A stretch of DNA of 64,000 nucleotides from Candidatus Nealsonbacteria bacterium (lineage in GTDB: Bacteria; Patescibacteriota; Minisyncoccia; Minisyncoccales; JANBVM01), in assembly GCA_047456315.1 (NCBI GenBank), contig CP179889.1:448776-512775 (forward strand), written 5' to 3'. Shown here piece by piece: positions 17,043-27,466 of this stretch (within the stretch, counting starts at the first letter, position 1; each line of letters begins with the position of its first letter). The position numbers were made by a program, and so were the translations under genes. The notes beneath the pieces were generated by a model. The model made no database searches. It was not told the DNA's origin and worked only from the letters and a program-made list of their open reading frames with translations.

Positions 17043-18038
17043 TTAATCTTCTAATTGTTTAGTTTCTTTTATTTCTAATAATTTTTCAACTCTGTCTGAA
17101 AATAAGTTTAATCTTTTTTCAGAATTATCATAAGAAGAAGTTGCGTTTTTCAAATGACTACCGAGTTTCCTGAAATCATTCATCAGCTTAACAGCGTCCT
17201 GATTGATCCTGTTTAATCTTTTTAAAATCTCCTGGGTTTGTTTTGAAATCTGGGTGTCTTTAAACCACTGTTCAAACGCTCTTAAAGTCAGATAAATCGT
17301 ATTTGGAGAAGTTAAAACTATTTTCTTCTTCCATGCATAATTAGCAATCCCCTGCTCCCCTAGATTGAACATTATTTCGTAATAAATTGCCTCTGCTGGA
17401 ATATACATCAGAGCAAAATCAACTGTTCCTTCAGATGGTAAAATATATTTAGAGCTGATTTCATCAATCCTTAATTTTAAATCTTTTAAAAAGGTCTGTT
17501 GATAGCGCTTTTTCTCATCTTCTGAATTAGTATAAACCATTCTCTCAAAATTGTCTGAAGAAAACTTTGAATCTATTGGCAGCAATTTATTATTAGGAAG
17601 TTTTAACACTGCATCAACCTGCTCTCCAGAAGAAAAAGAATGCTGGCTTTCCCACAATTCAGCAGGATAGTGCTGGGTTAAAATATAGTTTAAGGAAGCT
17701 TCTCCCCATTGACCTCTTAGCTTTGGTGATTTAAAAATATCCTGAAAAGAAGAAATATTTTCTATTTTTTGATGAATTTGTTTTAAATCCTCTTGAAGAT
17801 GAGTGGTTTCTTTTGTAAACATCCTTATTTGATTATGAAGATTTTGAGAAGCTCCACTCTGGCTCTGTCTAATTTCTTTCATCTGGTTTGTCACTAAACT
17901 AGTCAAGCGGATCTCTAAATCTCTAATCGCACTGTTTTGACCCTCGTCAACATTTGATTTTTTAATATAAAGAAAAATAGCTCCTGCCCAGCCAATGAAA
18001 GCTAAAAAAATCGCGAAAATTAAAAAAGGGTCAATCAT
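17043..18038 (-). CDS. rmuC: DNA recombination protein RmuC
   Basis: 331 aa. N-terminal TM helix, coiled coil, and C-terminal nuclease-like core DFALMYIPAEAIYYE...LTSPNTIYLTLR. Confidence 0.75.
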   Translation of the reverse strand: MIDPFLIFAIFLAFIGWAGAIFLYIKKSNVDEGQNSAIRDLEIRLTSLVTNQMKEIRQSQSGASQNLHNQIRMFTKETTHLQEDLKQIHQKIENISSFQDIFKSPKLRGQWGEASLNYILTQHYPAELWESQHSFSSGEQVDAVLKLPNNKLLPIDSKFSSDNFERMVYTNSEDEKKRYQQTFLKDLKLRIDEISSKYILPSEGTVDFALMYIPAEAIYYEIMFNLGEQGIANYAWKKKIVLTSPNTIYLTLRAFEQWFKDTQISKQTQEILKRLNRINQDAVKLMNDFRKLGSHLKNATSSYDNSEKRLNLFSDRVEKLLEIKETKQLED

Positions 18039-18095
18039 TATATGTATAATTTAACCCATTGAAAGCCTTAAGTCAATAAGAAACTGAAAATGTTT

Positions 18096-19049
18096 TTATC
18101 TGAAATAAAGCTCAGCAATAATAAAAAGCACATAAATCCCAAGCAAAAACAAAGCTTCTATTGCAGTGACTTTTCGTTCACTTCTTACAAACTTTATAAA
18201 GAACAAGCAGGCAATTAAAGTAAAGACAGCTCCTATCAAATAAGGTGAAAAATCAGTAATTGTAAATGGTGAAATCATTCCAACAAGACCCAAAACCAAG
18301 GTAGCATTAATAACAATTGAGCCCATTATATCTCCAAGAATCATTGTTTTGTGGCCCATTCTAATTGCCTTTATTTCAAAAGCTATCTCGGGAAGAGAGG
18401 TTCCCAGAGCTACCAAAGATACTCCGATAACCATTAATGATAAGTTAAAAGTCTCAGCTAATTTTGAAGCTGAAAAAACAATTCCTTCAGCGCTTAGTAA
18501 AAGCATAGCGGCGGCAGCTAAAAAAATAAACATATCTTTTACAAATATTTTAAAATGATGCCATCCTTTAAACCGATTGTTAAACACTTTTCTGAATCTT
18601 TCTTCTTTAGCTATCAGTTGAACAAAATAAAAAACCAAAGCCGCCAATAAGATCATGCCGTCTTTTTTGGAAAACATACCGTCAAGTATTAATAATAAAG
18701 GCAAAAGACTGGAAAGCGCAGCATATAAAGCAGATTTTTGTAAAATCTTTCCCTTGATATATAAATTTTTACCAAGCAGGGCACCAAGCGCCACCATCAC
18801 AGTAAGAGCAACAATATTAGAACCAATAATAACTCCGAAAGGAAGTTCGGGTTTTCCAGAAATAGCTGATGTGATTCCGACAAAAAGCTCAGGCAAAGAA
18901 GTTGCAAAAGCCATTAAAAAAGAAGCTACTATAAATTCTCTTAATTTTAGAAACTGGGCAATTCTAATAAGAGCTTTAACCACCCACATCCCAGAGCGAA
19001 CTAAAATATAAGAAGAAACAATAAATATAAGAATATATATCCAGGACAT
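18096..19049 (-). CDS. Ca2+/Na+ antiporter (CaCA/YrbG family)
   Basis: 317 aa polytopic protein with two alpha-repeat motifs: ATSLPELFVGI and GTSLPEIAFEI. Confidence 0.8.
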   Translation of the reverse strand: MSWIYILIFIVSSYILVRSGMWVVKALIRIAQFLKLREFIVASFLMAFATSLPELFVGITSAISGKPELPFGVIIGSNIVALTVMVALGALLGKNLYIKGKILQKSALYAALSSLLPLLLILDGMFSKKDGMILLAALVFYFVQLIAKEERFRKVFNNRFKGWHHFKIFVKDMFIFLAAAAMLLLSAEGIVFSASKLAETFNLSLMVIGVSLVALGTSLPEIAFEIKAIRMGHKTMILGDIMGSIVINATLVLGLVGMISPFTITDFSPYLIGAVFTLIACLFFIKFVRSERKVTAIEALFLLGIYVLFIIAELYFR

Positions 19050-20200
19050 TATCGTAAAAAGTATATTAATTCATATATTATACCAAAAGCAAAGACAAAA
19101 ATTAAAGGGAAAACTAACAAGGACTTTTTTATTTCTCCTTTTTTCAACAAAAGCTTTCTATACATTAACAAAATCAAAGTTCCATCGATTCCAAGAGCTA
19201 TTGCTCCAACCAAACCTATGACACGAATAAAGCTCTGAAATCCCAAAATAAAAAGCCCTAAAGGAACAAAGCAGGTTAAAAACCAGGCTAAATTTTTTTC
19301 CATTTTAAAATCATACCAGAGAATTTTTTTAAGAGTTAGACCCAGAGCAATAAAAGAAGTGAAAGTTGTTAAAAATCCTAAAAACAAAGCCATGCTTACT
19401 ATTCCATTACCCAAATAGTCTCTTAATCCTGTTAATGCTGACTCTGTTGTTAAGGGACCTGTAATGCCCCAAATTAAATAAATAAAAAAGAGAGATATTA
19501 TTATTGGAATTATTGTAGAAATAACAATTACTTTTTTAAGCAGTCTTTTATTTTCTCCCAGTATTTCTTCGGCTTCAGGGATTAAAGCAGCTCCCCATAA
19601 AGAAAAAAGGATCGGCCCATAAGGCAAAAATAATGCTGAGAATTTAAAATCTGTTTTGAAATTAAGAGGGAAAGCTGTAAAATTACTTACGTTAATAAAA
19701 TGATTGCCGCGAAGAAAGATTGCAAACAAAATCAAAAAGAATAAAATTAATGACCAAAGCTCTATTTTAGCCACTGCTTTAATGCCAAAGAAAATTAAAA
19801 CTGCTCCTAAGAGAAAATAAAGATAGCTGTAAAAAGAAGCACTGCCTCCAAAAACTGGAAAAAGCAGGCTGTTTAAAAACTCTCCGCCCACAATAAGATA
19901 AGCCAAGATTGCTCCAGATATTCCAAAAACCGTGGAAAGCATGGTTATTTTTTTTGCCCATTCCCCCAAATGCACCTTTGCAAATCCAGGCAAACGTTTG
20001 AAGTCAGGCGTGGCTAATGACAGTTCTCCAAAAATTAAATGAATTAGCATCACAATAGCTCCTAGAACTAAGAAATAACCAAGAATCACTAGATAACCTG
20101 TTTTTGAAGCTATATAGGGCAAAGAGAATAAACCAACCCCTATAATGGTGCCTGATATTGTAGCTACTGGATAAATAATCTTTTTAAATGAATTAATCAT
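19049..20200 (-). CDS. Amino-acid-permease-like transporter (aromatic/hydroxy amino acid permease-type)
   Basis: 383 aa with about 11 TM helices. N-terminal GTIIGVGLFSLPYIASKTG motif. Confidence 0.55.
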   Translation of the reverse strand: MINSFKKIIYPVATISGTIIGVGLFSLPYIASKTGYLVILGYFLVLGAIVMLIHLIFGELSLATPDFKRLPGFAKVHLGEWAKKITMLSTVFGISGAILAYLIVGGEFLNSLLFPVFGGSASFYSYLYFLLGAVLIFFGIKAVAKIELWSLILFFLILFAIFLRGNHFINVSNFTAFPLNFKTDFKFSALFLPYGPILFSLWGAALIPEAEEILGENKRLLKKVIVISTIIPIIISLFFIYLIWGITGPLTTESALTGLRDYLGNGIVSMALFLGFLTTFTSFIALGLTLKKILWYDFKMEKNLAWFLTCFVPLGLFILGFQSFIRVIGLVGAIALGIDGTLILLMYRKLLLKKGEIKKSLLVFPLIFVFAFGIIYELIYFLR

Positions 20201-22838
20201 ATTCTTTTCTTGTTATAAAATACCATTTTGCACTTTCAATTAAAAATAATTCAACAAAACCTAATGCCAATATAATTGCCCAGTCATTAATGCTTAAAGG
20301 AACAGTTTTTAAAAAGCCTTGAAGCAAGGGGCTATAAACTGCTCCAACAAGCGCAATAATCCCAACCAGCAAAGCAATGAGCAAGAGCTTATTTGAAAAT
20401 AAATTAATGTGCCACAAGTTTTTCCTCAGGCTCTTACAGGAAAAGACATAGAACAACGAGTCAACCGTTAGAGCAGCAAAAATTATTGTTCTAATATGCT
20501 CAATATTGTATCCTGTTCGAAAAAGTAAAAGAAATATTCCTAAAAGCAAAAAATCAGTAACCAGACCGATAATAAAGATTATTGTTTTCATTTCACGAGT
20601 CAGAAGAGGCGCTTTATGGCCTTTGGGCTTCATTTTCATCAAATCATCTTCTTCTGGTTCAAAAGCCAGAGCAATATCTGGCAGACCATCTTCAATTAAA
20701 TTAACCCATAAAATCTGAACAGCTGTAATAGGCAAAGGAAAATCTAATAAAATACTAAATACAATTAAAACCACTTCTGTAAAACTATCACTTAAAAGAT
20801 AAGTAATTACTTTTCTAATATTATCTAAAACCAATCTTCCTTCCTCAACCGCTTTTATAATTATTGAAAAACTGTCATTTAAAAGAACTAGATCAGATGT
20901 TTCTTTTGCAACTTCAGTTCCAGAACCAAGCGCAATTCCAATGTCTGCTTTTTTTAAAGCTGGAGCGTCATTAATACCATCTCCTGTCATTGCTACAACT
21001 TCTCCTTTCTCCTGCCAGGCTTCAACAATTCTTGTTTTGTGTTTTGGCTCAACACGGGCATAAATTCTAATTTTTGTTAGAATTTTTTTAAATTGCTTAT
21101 TTGAAAGATTATCTAAGTCCTTCCCTTCTAAAATATTCTCTTCTTTTATTTGAAAGCCTAATTCACGAGCTACTGCTTTAGCAGTCAACTTGTGGTCGCC
21201 TGTAACAATAATTGTCCTTATTCCTGCTTGACGGCAAGTTCTTATTGCTTTTTTCACGTCTCTTCTTAAAGGGTCTTTTATGGAAATAAAGCCAACAAAA
21301 ACAAGGTTGTGAATTTCTTTTTCTAGATTTTTAGCTGTTAAATTAGTGCTCTTAATTCTTTTATAACTTGATGCTACTATTCTCAGACCTGCGCCAGTTA
21401 ACTTTTTAAGATGCTCATTAATGGTTTTAAACCTTTTTTCAGTTAATCTCAGTTTTTTACCTTTTAATTCAATAAATTTAGAGCGCTCTAAAACTTTTTC
21501 TGGCGCACCAGAGACATACAGAAATTTTCCGTCTGTTTTCTGGATTACTGCCCCAACAAATTTATTAATTGGATTAAAAGGAATTTCAGCTATTTTGCTT
21601 TTAGCAAACCTTGGACCATATGCCCTGATCCCTCTCTCAATGCCAGCCCTAAGAAGAGCCTTATCAGTAGGCCTTCCCCTAAAAATCCATTCTTCTCTCA
21701 GGTCTTTGGGATTTTCAATAAATGCTTCAGAGGTAAAAGCAGCAATTTTTAAGGGCAAAAACGCTGTTCTTTTATTCTGTTTTCCTTCTAAAATTTCACT
21801 GTTCGTTATTACCCTGTCAACCGCCATCTTCCCTTCAGTTAAGGTTGCTGTTTTGTCTGTACAAATAATTGAAGTGCTCCCCAATGTCTCAGCTGAAGAT
21901 AATTTTCTAACCAATCCTCCTTTTTTTAAAATCCTTTGCATGCCTAATGCCAGAATAACAGTCATTGCTACTGGCAATCCTTCTGGAATAGCTGCTACAG
22001 CAACTGCCACAGCAGTAATAAACATTTCAGCAAAACCAATTCCCTTTATGATTCCTTCAATAAAAATAAAGGTACAAATCAGCGCAATTATTATGCCAAC
22101 AATTCTTGAAAAGCCTGTCAATTTCTTTTGATAAGGTGTCTTTTCTTCTTTTGTTTCTTTAATCATTGTAGCTATTTTTCCAATTTCAGTTTGAGTCCCT
22201 GTTTCAACAATTAATACTTTTGCTTTTCCGTTTTCAACAATTGTTCCCATATAGACCATATTATCCCTGTCAGCCAAAGGAGTTTCTTTAGAAAACACTT
22301 CCTCTTTTTTTTCTGCTGAAAGCCATTCACCAGTTAAAGCCATTTCATTAATCTTTAAATCATTGCAAGTTATTATTCTTCCATCAGCTGGAACTATATC
22401 TCCTGGATTTAAAATAACTATATCTCCTGGCACCAGATTTTCTAAATTCACAATTTTTAAATTACCTTTTCTTAAAACTTCTGCATGATGTTCTACTATT
22501 TTTTTTAATTTTGTTAAAGCCTGAGAAGCTTTGTTTTCCTGAAAATAACCAATAATTGTATTTAAAAAAACAGCGCCAAAAATAACTATGGCATCAGTGA
22601 ACTCACCTAGCATTAAAACAACAAATCCTGCGATTACTAAAATATATGTAAGAGGGCTTTTGAATTGCTCTAAAAATATCTTAAATCTTGAAAACGGTTT
22701 TTCTTCTGGAAGCTTGTTTTCTCCGAATTCTAACTGGCGAAGCTTTACATCTTTTTCATCCAAACCCTTGGCAATACTAGTTCTTAAAGTTTTTTCTATT
22801 TCTTTTATTTTTAAATTGTGCCAAAAAAAATTAGCCAT
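20193..22838 (-). CDS. P-type cation-transporting ATPase (type II, Ca2+-ATPase-like)
   Basis: 881 aa. TGEW (TGES-type) actuator motif, phosphorylation site ICTDKTATLTEG, TGDHKLTA, MTGDGINDAPALKKADIGIA. Confidence 0.9.
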   Translation of the reverse strand: MANFFWHNLKIKEIEKTLRTSIAKGLDEKDVKLRQLEFGENKLPEEKPFSRFKIFLEQFKSPLTYILVIAGFVVLMLGEFTDAIVIFGAVFLNTIIGYFQENKASQALTKLKKIVEHHAEVLRKGNLKIVNLENLVPGDIVILNPGDIVPADGRIITCNDLKINEMALTGEWLSAEKKEEVFSKETPLADRDNMVYMGTIVENGKAKVLIVETGTQTEIGKIATMIKETKEEKTPYQKKLTGFSRIVGIIIALICTFIFIEGIIKGIGFAEMFITAVAVAVAAIPEGLPVAMTVILALGMQRILKKGGLVRKLSSAETLGSTSIICTDKTATLTEGKMAVDRVITNSEILEGKQNKRTAFLPLKIAAFTSEAFIENPKDLREEWIFRGRPTDKALLRAGIERGIRAYGPRFAKSKIAEIPFNPINKFVGAVIQKTDGKFLYVSGAPEKVLERSKFIELKGKKLRLTEKRFKTINEHLKKLTGAGLRIVASSYKRIKSTNLTAKNLEKEIHNLVFVGFISIKDPLRRDVKKAIRTCRQAGIRTIIVTGDHKLTAKAVARELGFQIKEENILEGKDLDNLSNKQFKKILTKIRIYARVEPKHKTRIVEAWQEKGEVVAMTGDGINDAPALKKADIGIALGSGTEVAKETSDLVLLNDSFSIIIKAVEEGRLVLDNIRKVITYLLSDSFTEVVLIVFSILLDFPLPITAVQILWVNLIEDGLPDIALAFEPEEDDLMKMKPKGHKAPLLTREMKTIIFIIGLVTDFLLLGIFLLLFRTGYNIEHIRTIIFAALTVDSLFYVFSCKSLRKNLWHINLFSNKLLLIALLVGIIALVGAVYSPLLQGFLKTVPLSINDWAIILALGFVELFLIESAKWYFITRKEYD

Positions 22839-22913
22839 TGAGATATTTTAACTTAAAAGCCAAACAAAAAAAAGTCCGTGCCTAAAGACTTTTTAATCAA
22901 TGTCTAGATTTTG

Positions 22914-22985
22914 TGGCCCCAAGGGGAATCGAACCCCTGTTACTTGATTGAGAATCAGGCGTCCTGGCCGCTAGACGATGGGGCC
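22914..22985 (-). tRNA. tRNA-Glu (anticodon CTC)
   Basis: Acceptor GGCCCCA/TGGGGCC, D arm GTCTAGCGGCCAGGAC, anticodon loop TTCTCAA (one C-A mismatch in the stem), T arm AGGGG-TTCGATT-CCCCT. No CCA. Confidence 0.85.
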
Positions 22986-23042
22986 ATTTTCATGAATTAT
23001 CCTATCATAAGTTTTTTAATTTGAAAACAAAATTTACACCAG

Positions 23043-24086
23043 TTATAGCCTGATTTCTTTAATAATTTCTTTCATTTTCATTTCACCTGAGCCATCAACC
23101 AGGACAATATCCCCTTCTTTGATTTGGTTTTGAAGCTCTAACTTCCCCTCTTTAATTGTGTCAAATTCAAATATCTTTTCAGCTTTCATTCCTTTTTCAA
23201 ACGCACCTTTTGCAATGAACTTAGCGCGCTGGCCAAACACAAACAATAAATCAGCATTTTTGACAACCCTTTCGCCTATTGCTTCATGAGCTTCAATTGT
23301 ATACTTTCCTATTCCCATAACATCACCCAGCACTGCAATCTTTTGCTTATAGTCCTGAACTTTTCCCAGGGTTTCAATTGCTTCAACCATTGAAAAAACA
23401 CTGGCTGACTTACTGTCATCTAAAATCCATGAGTTTTTAATGCCCTTAATCAAACTCATTCTGCCAGCAAGCGGCTGATAATTTTTAAGCGCTTCTGATA
23501 TTTCTATTAAATTCAAATCAAAAATAGTAGCAGCACAACCAGCAGCCAAAGAAGAATAAATCTGCTCTTTACCAAATGTTTTCTTCAGCCAGACAGGGAC
23601 AATTTTTCCTTTGTAATTTATCTTAAAATTAGTTCCTCTATTTACTTTAATATCACTGGCTTTGAAGCCAGCCTCTTTCTGCAATCCAAAAGTCAAGGTG
23701 TTGATTTTTTTAGAATCCCCTATCTCTCTTACAGTTTCATCATCAAAATTTAAAACTAAATTAACATTTTCTGGTAAATCCTTTACTAATTCTTTTGTGT
23801 TTTTAATTAATTCCCTTTCTCCAGAGAAAAAATCAATCTCATAAGGTATATCACCAATATTGCTTACCACTAGAATAGCATTTTCAGAATTTCTCAAGAA
23901 AAATTCATAATCAGATATTTTTTTATCCTCTACTTCAAACATTAAAATATCTTTTCCAATTTTAAAACGTAAAGCCAGTATTTGTTTTAGCGCATTGAAA
24001 ACACTTTTTCTTGTTTTACCCGTTATAATAACAACTTTTTGTTTTTGAAAAGAAAACTTAATTTTAGAAATAATATTACTGTTCAT
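23043..24086 (-). CDS. Mur ligase family protein, short MurF-like
   Basis: 347 aa. Reduced P-loop IITGKTRKS, central and C-terminal Mur ligase-like segments (AVLGDVMGIGKYTIEAHEAIG). Lacks the usual N-terminal domain. Sits in the dcw cluster. Confidence 0.55.
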   Translation of the reverse strand: MNSNIISKIKFSFQKQKVVIITGKTRKSVFNALKQILALRFKIGKDILMFEVEDKKISDYEFFLRNSENAILVVSNIGDIPYEIDFFSGERELIKNTKELVKDLPENVNLVLNFDDETVREIGDSKKINTLTFGLQKEAGFKASDIKVNRGTNFKINYKGKIVPVWLKKTFGKEQIYSSLAAGCAATIFDLNLIEISEALKNYQPLAGRMSLIKGIKNSWILDDSKSASVFSMVEAIETLGKVQDYKQKIAVLGDVMGIGKYTIEAHEAIGERVVKNADLLFVFGQRAKFIAKGAFEKGMKAEKIFEFDTIKEGKLELQNQIKEGDIVLVDGSGEMKMKEIIKEIRL

Positions 24087-25722
24087 AATCAGGTGGAATT
24101 TGATAATAATTAATAATATATTCAGCTAAATTCCTGAAAGCAGGAACAGTAGAGTATTCTGCAGTTCTAGTTTTAGGATTATCAAGCTTTATCAAAGCCA
24201 GAAACTGAGGATTAAAAGCAGGAACAAAACCAGCAAAAGTCTGAACTGTTTTATCAGAATACCCTTCTTTTTTAATTCCTAGAGCTGAATAAGAAACCTG
24301 GGCTGTTCCTGTTTTTCCAGCAATAAAGTATCCTGGGATTCTTGTGGCTTTAGCAAAACCATTTTCAACCACACTAACAAGCATTGCAGTTAACTGAGAT
24401 GCAGTTTTCGAAGAAATAACTGCCTCTTCTAACTTGTCTGGTTTTACTTCCTCAATTCTCCCATCAGAAAACACAAGCTTTTCAACCAGATGCGGAGTTA
24501 TTAGTTTTCCACCATTAGCAATAGCGCAATATGATATTACCAGCTGAATTGGTGTCATCTCAATTCCCTGGCCAAAAGACGCTGTTGCTAGGTTAATATC
24601 TCTTGCTGTTCTTAATTCTCTGTTTTGCGAATAAACCTCCTGAATATCAATGCCTGTGGACTCAAAGAAGCCAAACTTATCAATATATTTTAAAAACAAA
24701 TTAGGGCCAAGCTCTCTTTGAACAAAAATAGCGCCAGTATTAATTGATTTTTCAAGCACCTCAGTCATGGTAGGATCATACTCATCATAAACCCTCTTGT
24801 CGTAGTTATGAATAGTATCACTACCAATTGTTATTGAACCTGTATCAGTATAAGTTGTTTTAGGCGTTACTTTTTCTTCTTCCAGAGCTGCAGCCATTGT
24901 GATTGGTTTAAATACTGAACCTGGCTCAAATAACCCCTGAGTTGCCCTATTTTTAAAAACCTCTAAATTACCAGCCCTGGCATACTCTTCATAATAATTG
25001 GGGTCAAAACCATCCATATCTGCCATGGCTAAGATTTTTCCAGAGCTTGGCTCTATTACAATAATCTGGCCTCCTTCAATATCTAAATCATGCTTTGCTT
25101 TTTCCAGAATCTTTTCTGCCTGATACTGGATATTGTAATCAATTGTTAAAAGCAAACTAGTTCCTTTTATTTTATCCTCAAAGCCCTCTTCTCCCATTAA
25201 ACTCTGGTGATAGAACTGCTCCAAACCATACTGACCTGTTCCTTCTGCGCCCAAAAAACCAATTAATTGAGAAGCCAGTTCTTCCTGAGGATAGTATCTT
25301 TCTTTTTGCTCGCTAACAAAAACTCCTTCTAGATTTAGATTCCTCACTGCTTCACCTTGTTCTGGGTCCAGCTTTCTTTTAATTAAAGAGTAAGAAGTAT
25401 TGAGATTTATTTTCTCTAGAATAAAATCATAATCCAGACCAAGAGTTTGACTTAAACTTTCTGCAGCTTGTTCAGTATTTTCAATTTTTTTAGGATTAAT
25501 AAAAACAAAAGGCAGATCAATATTAATAGCTAAAGGTTCGTCTCCTTTAAGAAAAACCTCTCCTCTTTCACCGCGAAACTCATTAAAAGAGGCAAAAAGC
25601 CCCTGGGACAAGGCCTTGTTTAAATCACCTTCCAAAATCTGAAGAAAAACCAAGCGGCTAATAACAGCCGCTGAAACTAAGAAAAAAAGTATAAAAATTA
25701 GATTGACTCTCCAGTTCTTCAT
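24076..25722 (-). CDS. ftsI: Peptidoglycan D,D-transpeptidase FtsI / class B PBP
   Basis: 548 aa. N-terminal TM helix, SVFK (SxxK), SIN (SxN), KTGTA (KTG) motifs. Confidence 0.88.
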   Translation of the reverse strand: MKNWRVNLIFILFFLVSAAVISRLVFLQILEGDLNKALSQGLFASFNEFRGERGEVFLKGDEPLAINIDLPFVFINPKKIENTEQAAESLSQTLGLDYDFILEKINLNTSYSLIKRKLDPEQGEAVRNLNLEGVFVSEQKERYYPQEELASQLIGFLGAEGTGQYGLEQFYHQSLMGEEGFEDKIKGTSLLLTIDYNIQYQAEKILEKAKHDLDIEGGQIIVIEPSSGKILAMADMDGFDPNYYEEYARAGNLEVFKNRATQGLFEPGSVFKPITMAAALEEEKVTPKTTYTDTGSITIGSDTIHNYDKRVYDEYDPTMTEVLEKSINTGAIFVQRELGPNLFLKYIDKFGFFESTGIDIQEVYSQNRELRTARDINLATASFGQGIEMTPIQLVISYCAIANGGKLITPHLVEKLVFSDGRIEEVKPDKLEEAVISSKTASQLTAMLVSVVENGFAKATRIPGYFIAGKTGTAQVSYSALGIKKEGYSDKTVQTFAGFVPAFNPQFLALIKLDNPKTRTAEYSTVPAFRNLAEYIINYYQIPPDYEQ

Positions 25723-25735
25723 TTAGGCATTAAAA

Positions 25736-26032
25736 TTATGGTCTTGCGATTGAGCTTTCTATTATCTTTATATATTTTACATTATTTGTCTTTACAAAAC
25801 CACTGTTTTTTGCCAGCACCTGGTCAATGTGCGACAAAGAGTTCATTTTTGAAAAATCTATGTCCAAAAACTTATTGTTTTTTGAAAGAGAAACCAGTTC
25901 TTTTTTATAAACCCTGACTAAATATTTATCTCTGGCCAGAACTCCTACCTGAATAACATAAATAACCATTAATGATAATATTAAAACAAGACTGAGAATC
26001 AAAGGGTTTTTTAAAGCAATTGTTTTAGTCAT
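25736..26032 (-). CDS. FtsL-like cell-division membrane protein
   Basis: 98-aa single-TM protein between rsmH and ftsI; call rests on conserved dcw order. Confidence 0.5.
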   Translation of the reverse strand: MTKTIALKNPLILSLVLILSLMVIYVIQVGVLARDKYLVRVYKKELVSLSKNNKFLDIDFSKMNSLSHIDQVLAKNSGFVKTNNVKYIKIIESSIARP

Positions 26033-26039
26033 ATATTTT

Positions 26040-26909
26040 TTAAATTTTTACTGCCGCTCGAAGCTTAGCGCTTCTTGAACGAGGATTATTAATTATTTCC
26101 GATTTACTCGCTGTTATTGGTTTCTTTGTCAAAATTTCAAGTTTTTCTTTAGAATGTTTTTTAAAAAAATTCTTAACAATTCTGTCCTCTAAAGAATGAA
26201 ATGAAATTACCACTATTCTTCCTTGTTTTTCTAAAACCTCTAATGCTTGAGGTAATGCTTCTTTTAAGTTATTAAGCTCATCATTTACAGCAATTCTTAA
26301 TGCCTGGAATGTTTTTGTTGCAAAATGGATTCTTTTATATCTGTAGTAAGAAGGAACAGCTCTTTTAATTATTTCAATCAAATCAAATGTTGTTTTAATT
26401 GGCTTTATTCTTCTTTGATTTACAATCTGATTGCTTATTCTTCTGCTGAACCTTTCTTCTCCATACTTTTTTAATATTTCTTCAATTTCTTTTTCTTTCC
26501 ATTTATTTACAATCTCTTGGGCTGTAAGTTCTGAATCAGTACTGTATCTCATATCAAGCAGCTCATTTTTTTTAAAGCTGAATCCCCTGCCAGAATCTTC
26601 TATGTGCCAGCTTAAAAATCCCAGGTCAAACAAAATTCCAGAAACAGGTTTAAAATTATTATTCTTAACAATTTCTTTTAAATTTTTAAAGGAATCATTT
26701 ACTAAAACTAATCTTTTTATCTTTCTTATAATCAGCCCCTCATATATTTCATTATCCAGCTCTATTCCTAAGACTTTTCCATTGGGTTTATTCTTTTTTA
26801 AAACTTCTAAACTGTGCCCTGCCTGCCCTATTGTACTGTCAATAAAATTCTCATTTGTTTTCGGGTCTAAATATTCTATAACTTCTTTTTTAAGAACACT
26901 TTTGTGCAT
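26040..26909 (-). CDS. rsmH: 16S rRNA (cytosine1402-N4)-methyltransferase
   Basis: 289 aa. HKSVLKKEVIEYL, DSTIGQAGHS, GILFDLGFLSWHIED, ISFHSLEDRIVK. Confidence 0.92.
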   Translation of the reverse strand: MHKSVLKKEVIEYLDPKTNENFIDSTIGQAGHSLEVLKKNKPNGKVLGIELDNEIYEGLIIRKIKRLVLVNDSFKNLKEIVKNNNFKPVSGILFDLGFLSWHIEDSGRGFSFKKNELLDMRYSTDSELTAQEIVNKWKEKEIEEILKKYGEERFSRRISNQIVNQRRIKPIKTTFDLIEIIKRAVPSYYRYKRIHFATKTFQALRIAVNDELNNLKEALPQALEVLEKQGRIVVISFHSLEDRIVKNFFKKHSKEKLEILTKKPITASKSEIINNPRSRSAKLRAAVKI

Positions 26910-27383
26910 TTATATTCCTAGTTCTTCTAATTTAGATGCCATATCTCCTACATCTTTTTCAGTTTTCTGCTTATAGGTATTCCACTTTGTTTTATCCCAA
27001 ACCTCAATTCTGTTAGATAATCCCAAGATAACCACTTCTTTTTTAAGTCCTGCATATTTTTTCAAATAATCAGGAATTAATATTCTTCCTAACTTATCAA
27101 GATTTATATCTACTGCTCCAGCTAACATAATTCTTACAAATCCCCTAGCATCAATTTTACTGGTTGGTAAATTTTCAAGTTTCTTAGCTAGTTTGCTCCA
27201 TTCTGTGGTTGGATAAACAACTAAACAAGTATCGATGCCTTTTGTAACAATCGCTTTTCTTCCTAAACTGTTTCTAAACTTAGATGGTATGGCTAATCTT
27301 TTCTTGTGATCTATTGTGTATGAATATTCACCAATAAACATAGTTATCCACAGAGATGGGTACTTATTAACATACTTATCCAC
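26910..27383 (-). CDS. mraZ: Transcriptional regulator MraZ
   Basis: Contains MFIGEYSYTIDHKKRLAIPSKFR and a second SpoVT/AbrB-like half (DKLGRILIP). The true start is probably the internal Met at 27341 (MFIGEY). Confidence 0.88.
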   Translation of the reverse strand: MDKYVNKYPSLWITMFIGEYSYTIDHKKRLAIPSKFRNSLGRKAIVTKGIDTCLVVYPTTEWSKLAKKLENLPTSKIDARGFVRIMLAGAVDINLDKLGRILIPDYLKKYAGLKKEVVILGLSNRIEVWDKTKWNTYKQKTEKDVGDMASKLEELGI

Positions 27384-27466
27384 AATTCCCCACCTGTGTA
27401 TATTTTATCTTTAAAAATATATATAGGTCAAGCAAAAATTAGTTTATGTTAAAATGAATATAAAAA

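Noticed and set aside
21421-22131. Listed 236-aa plus-strand ORF
   Set aside because: It is entirely antisense to the well-supported P-type ATPase gene. Long antisense frames are expected in AT-rich coding DNA, and no motifs are present.
26431-26976. Listed 181-aa plus-strand ORF
   Set aside because: It is antisense to rsmH/mraZ, with Ser/Phe/Leu-rich low-complexity translation.
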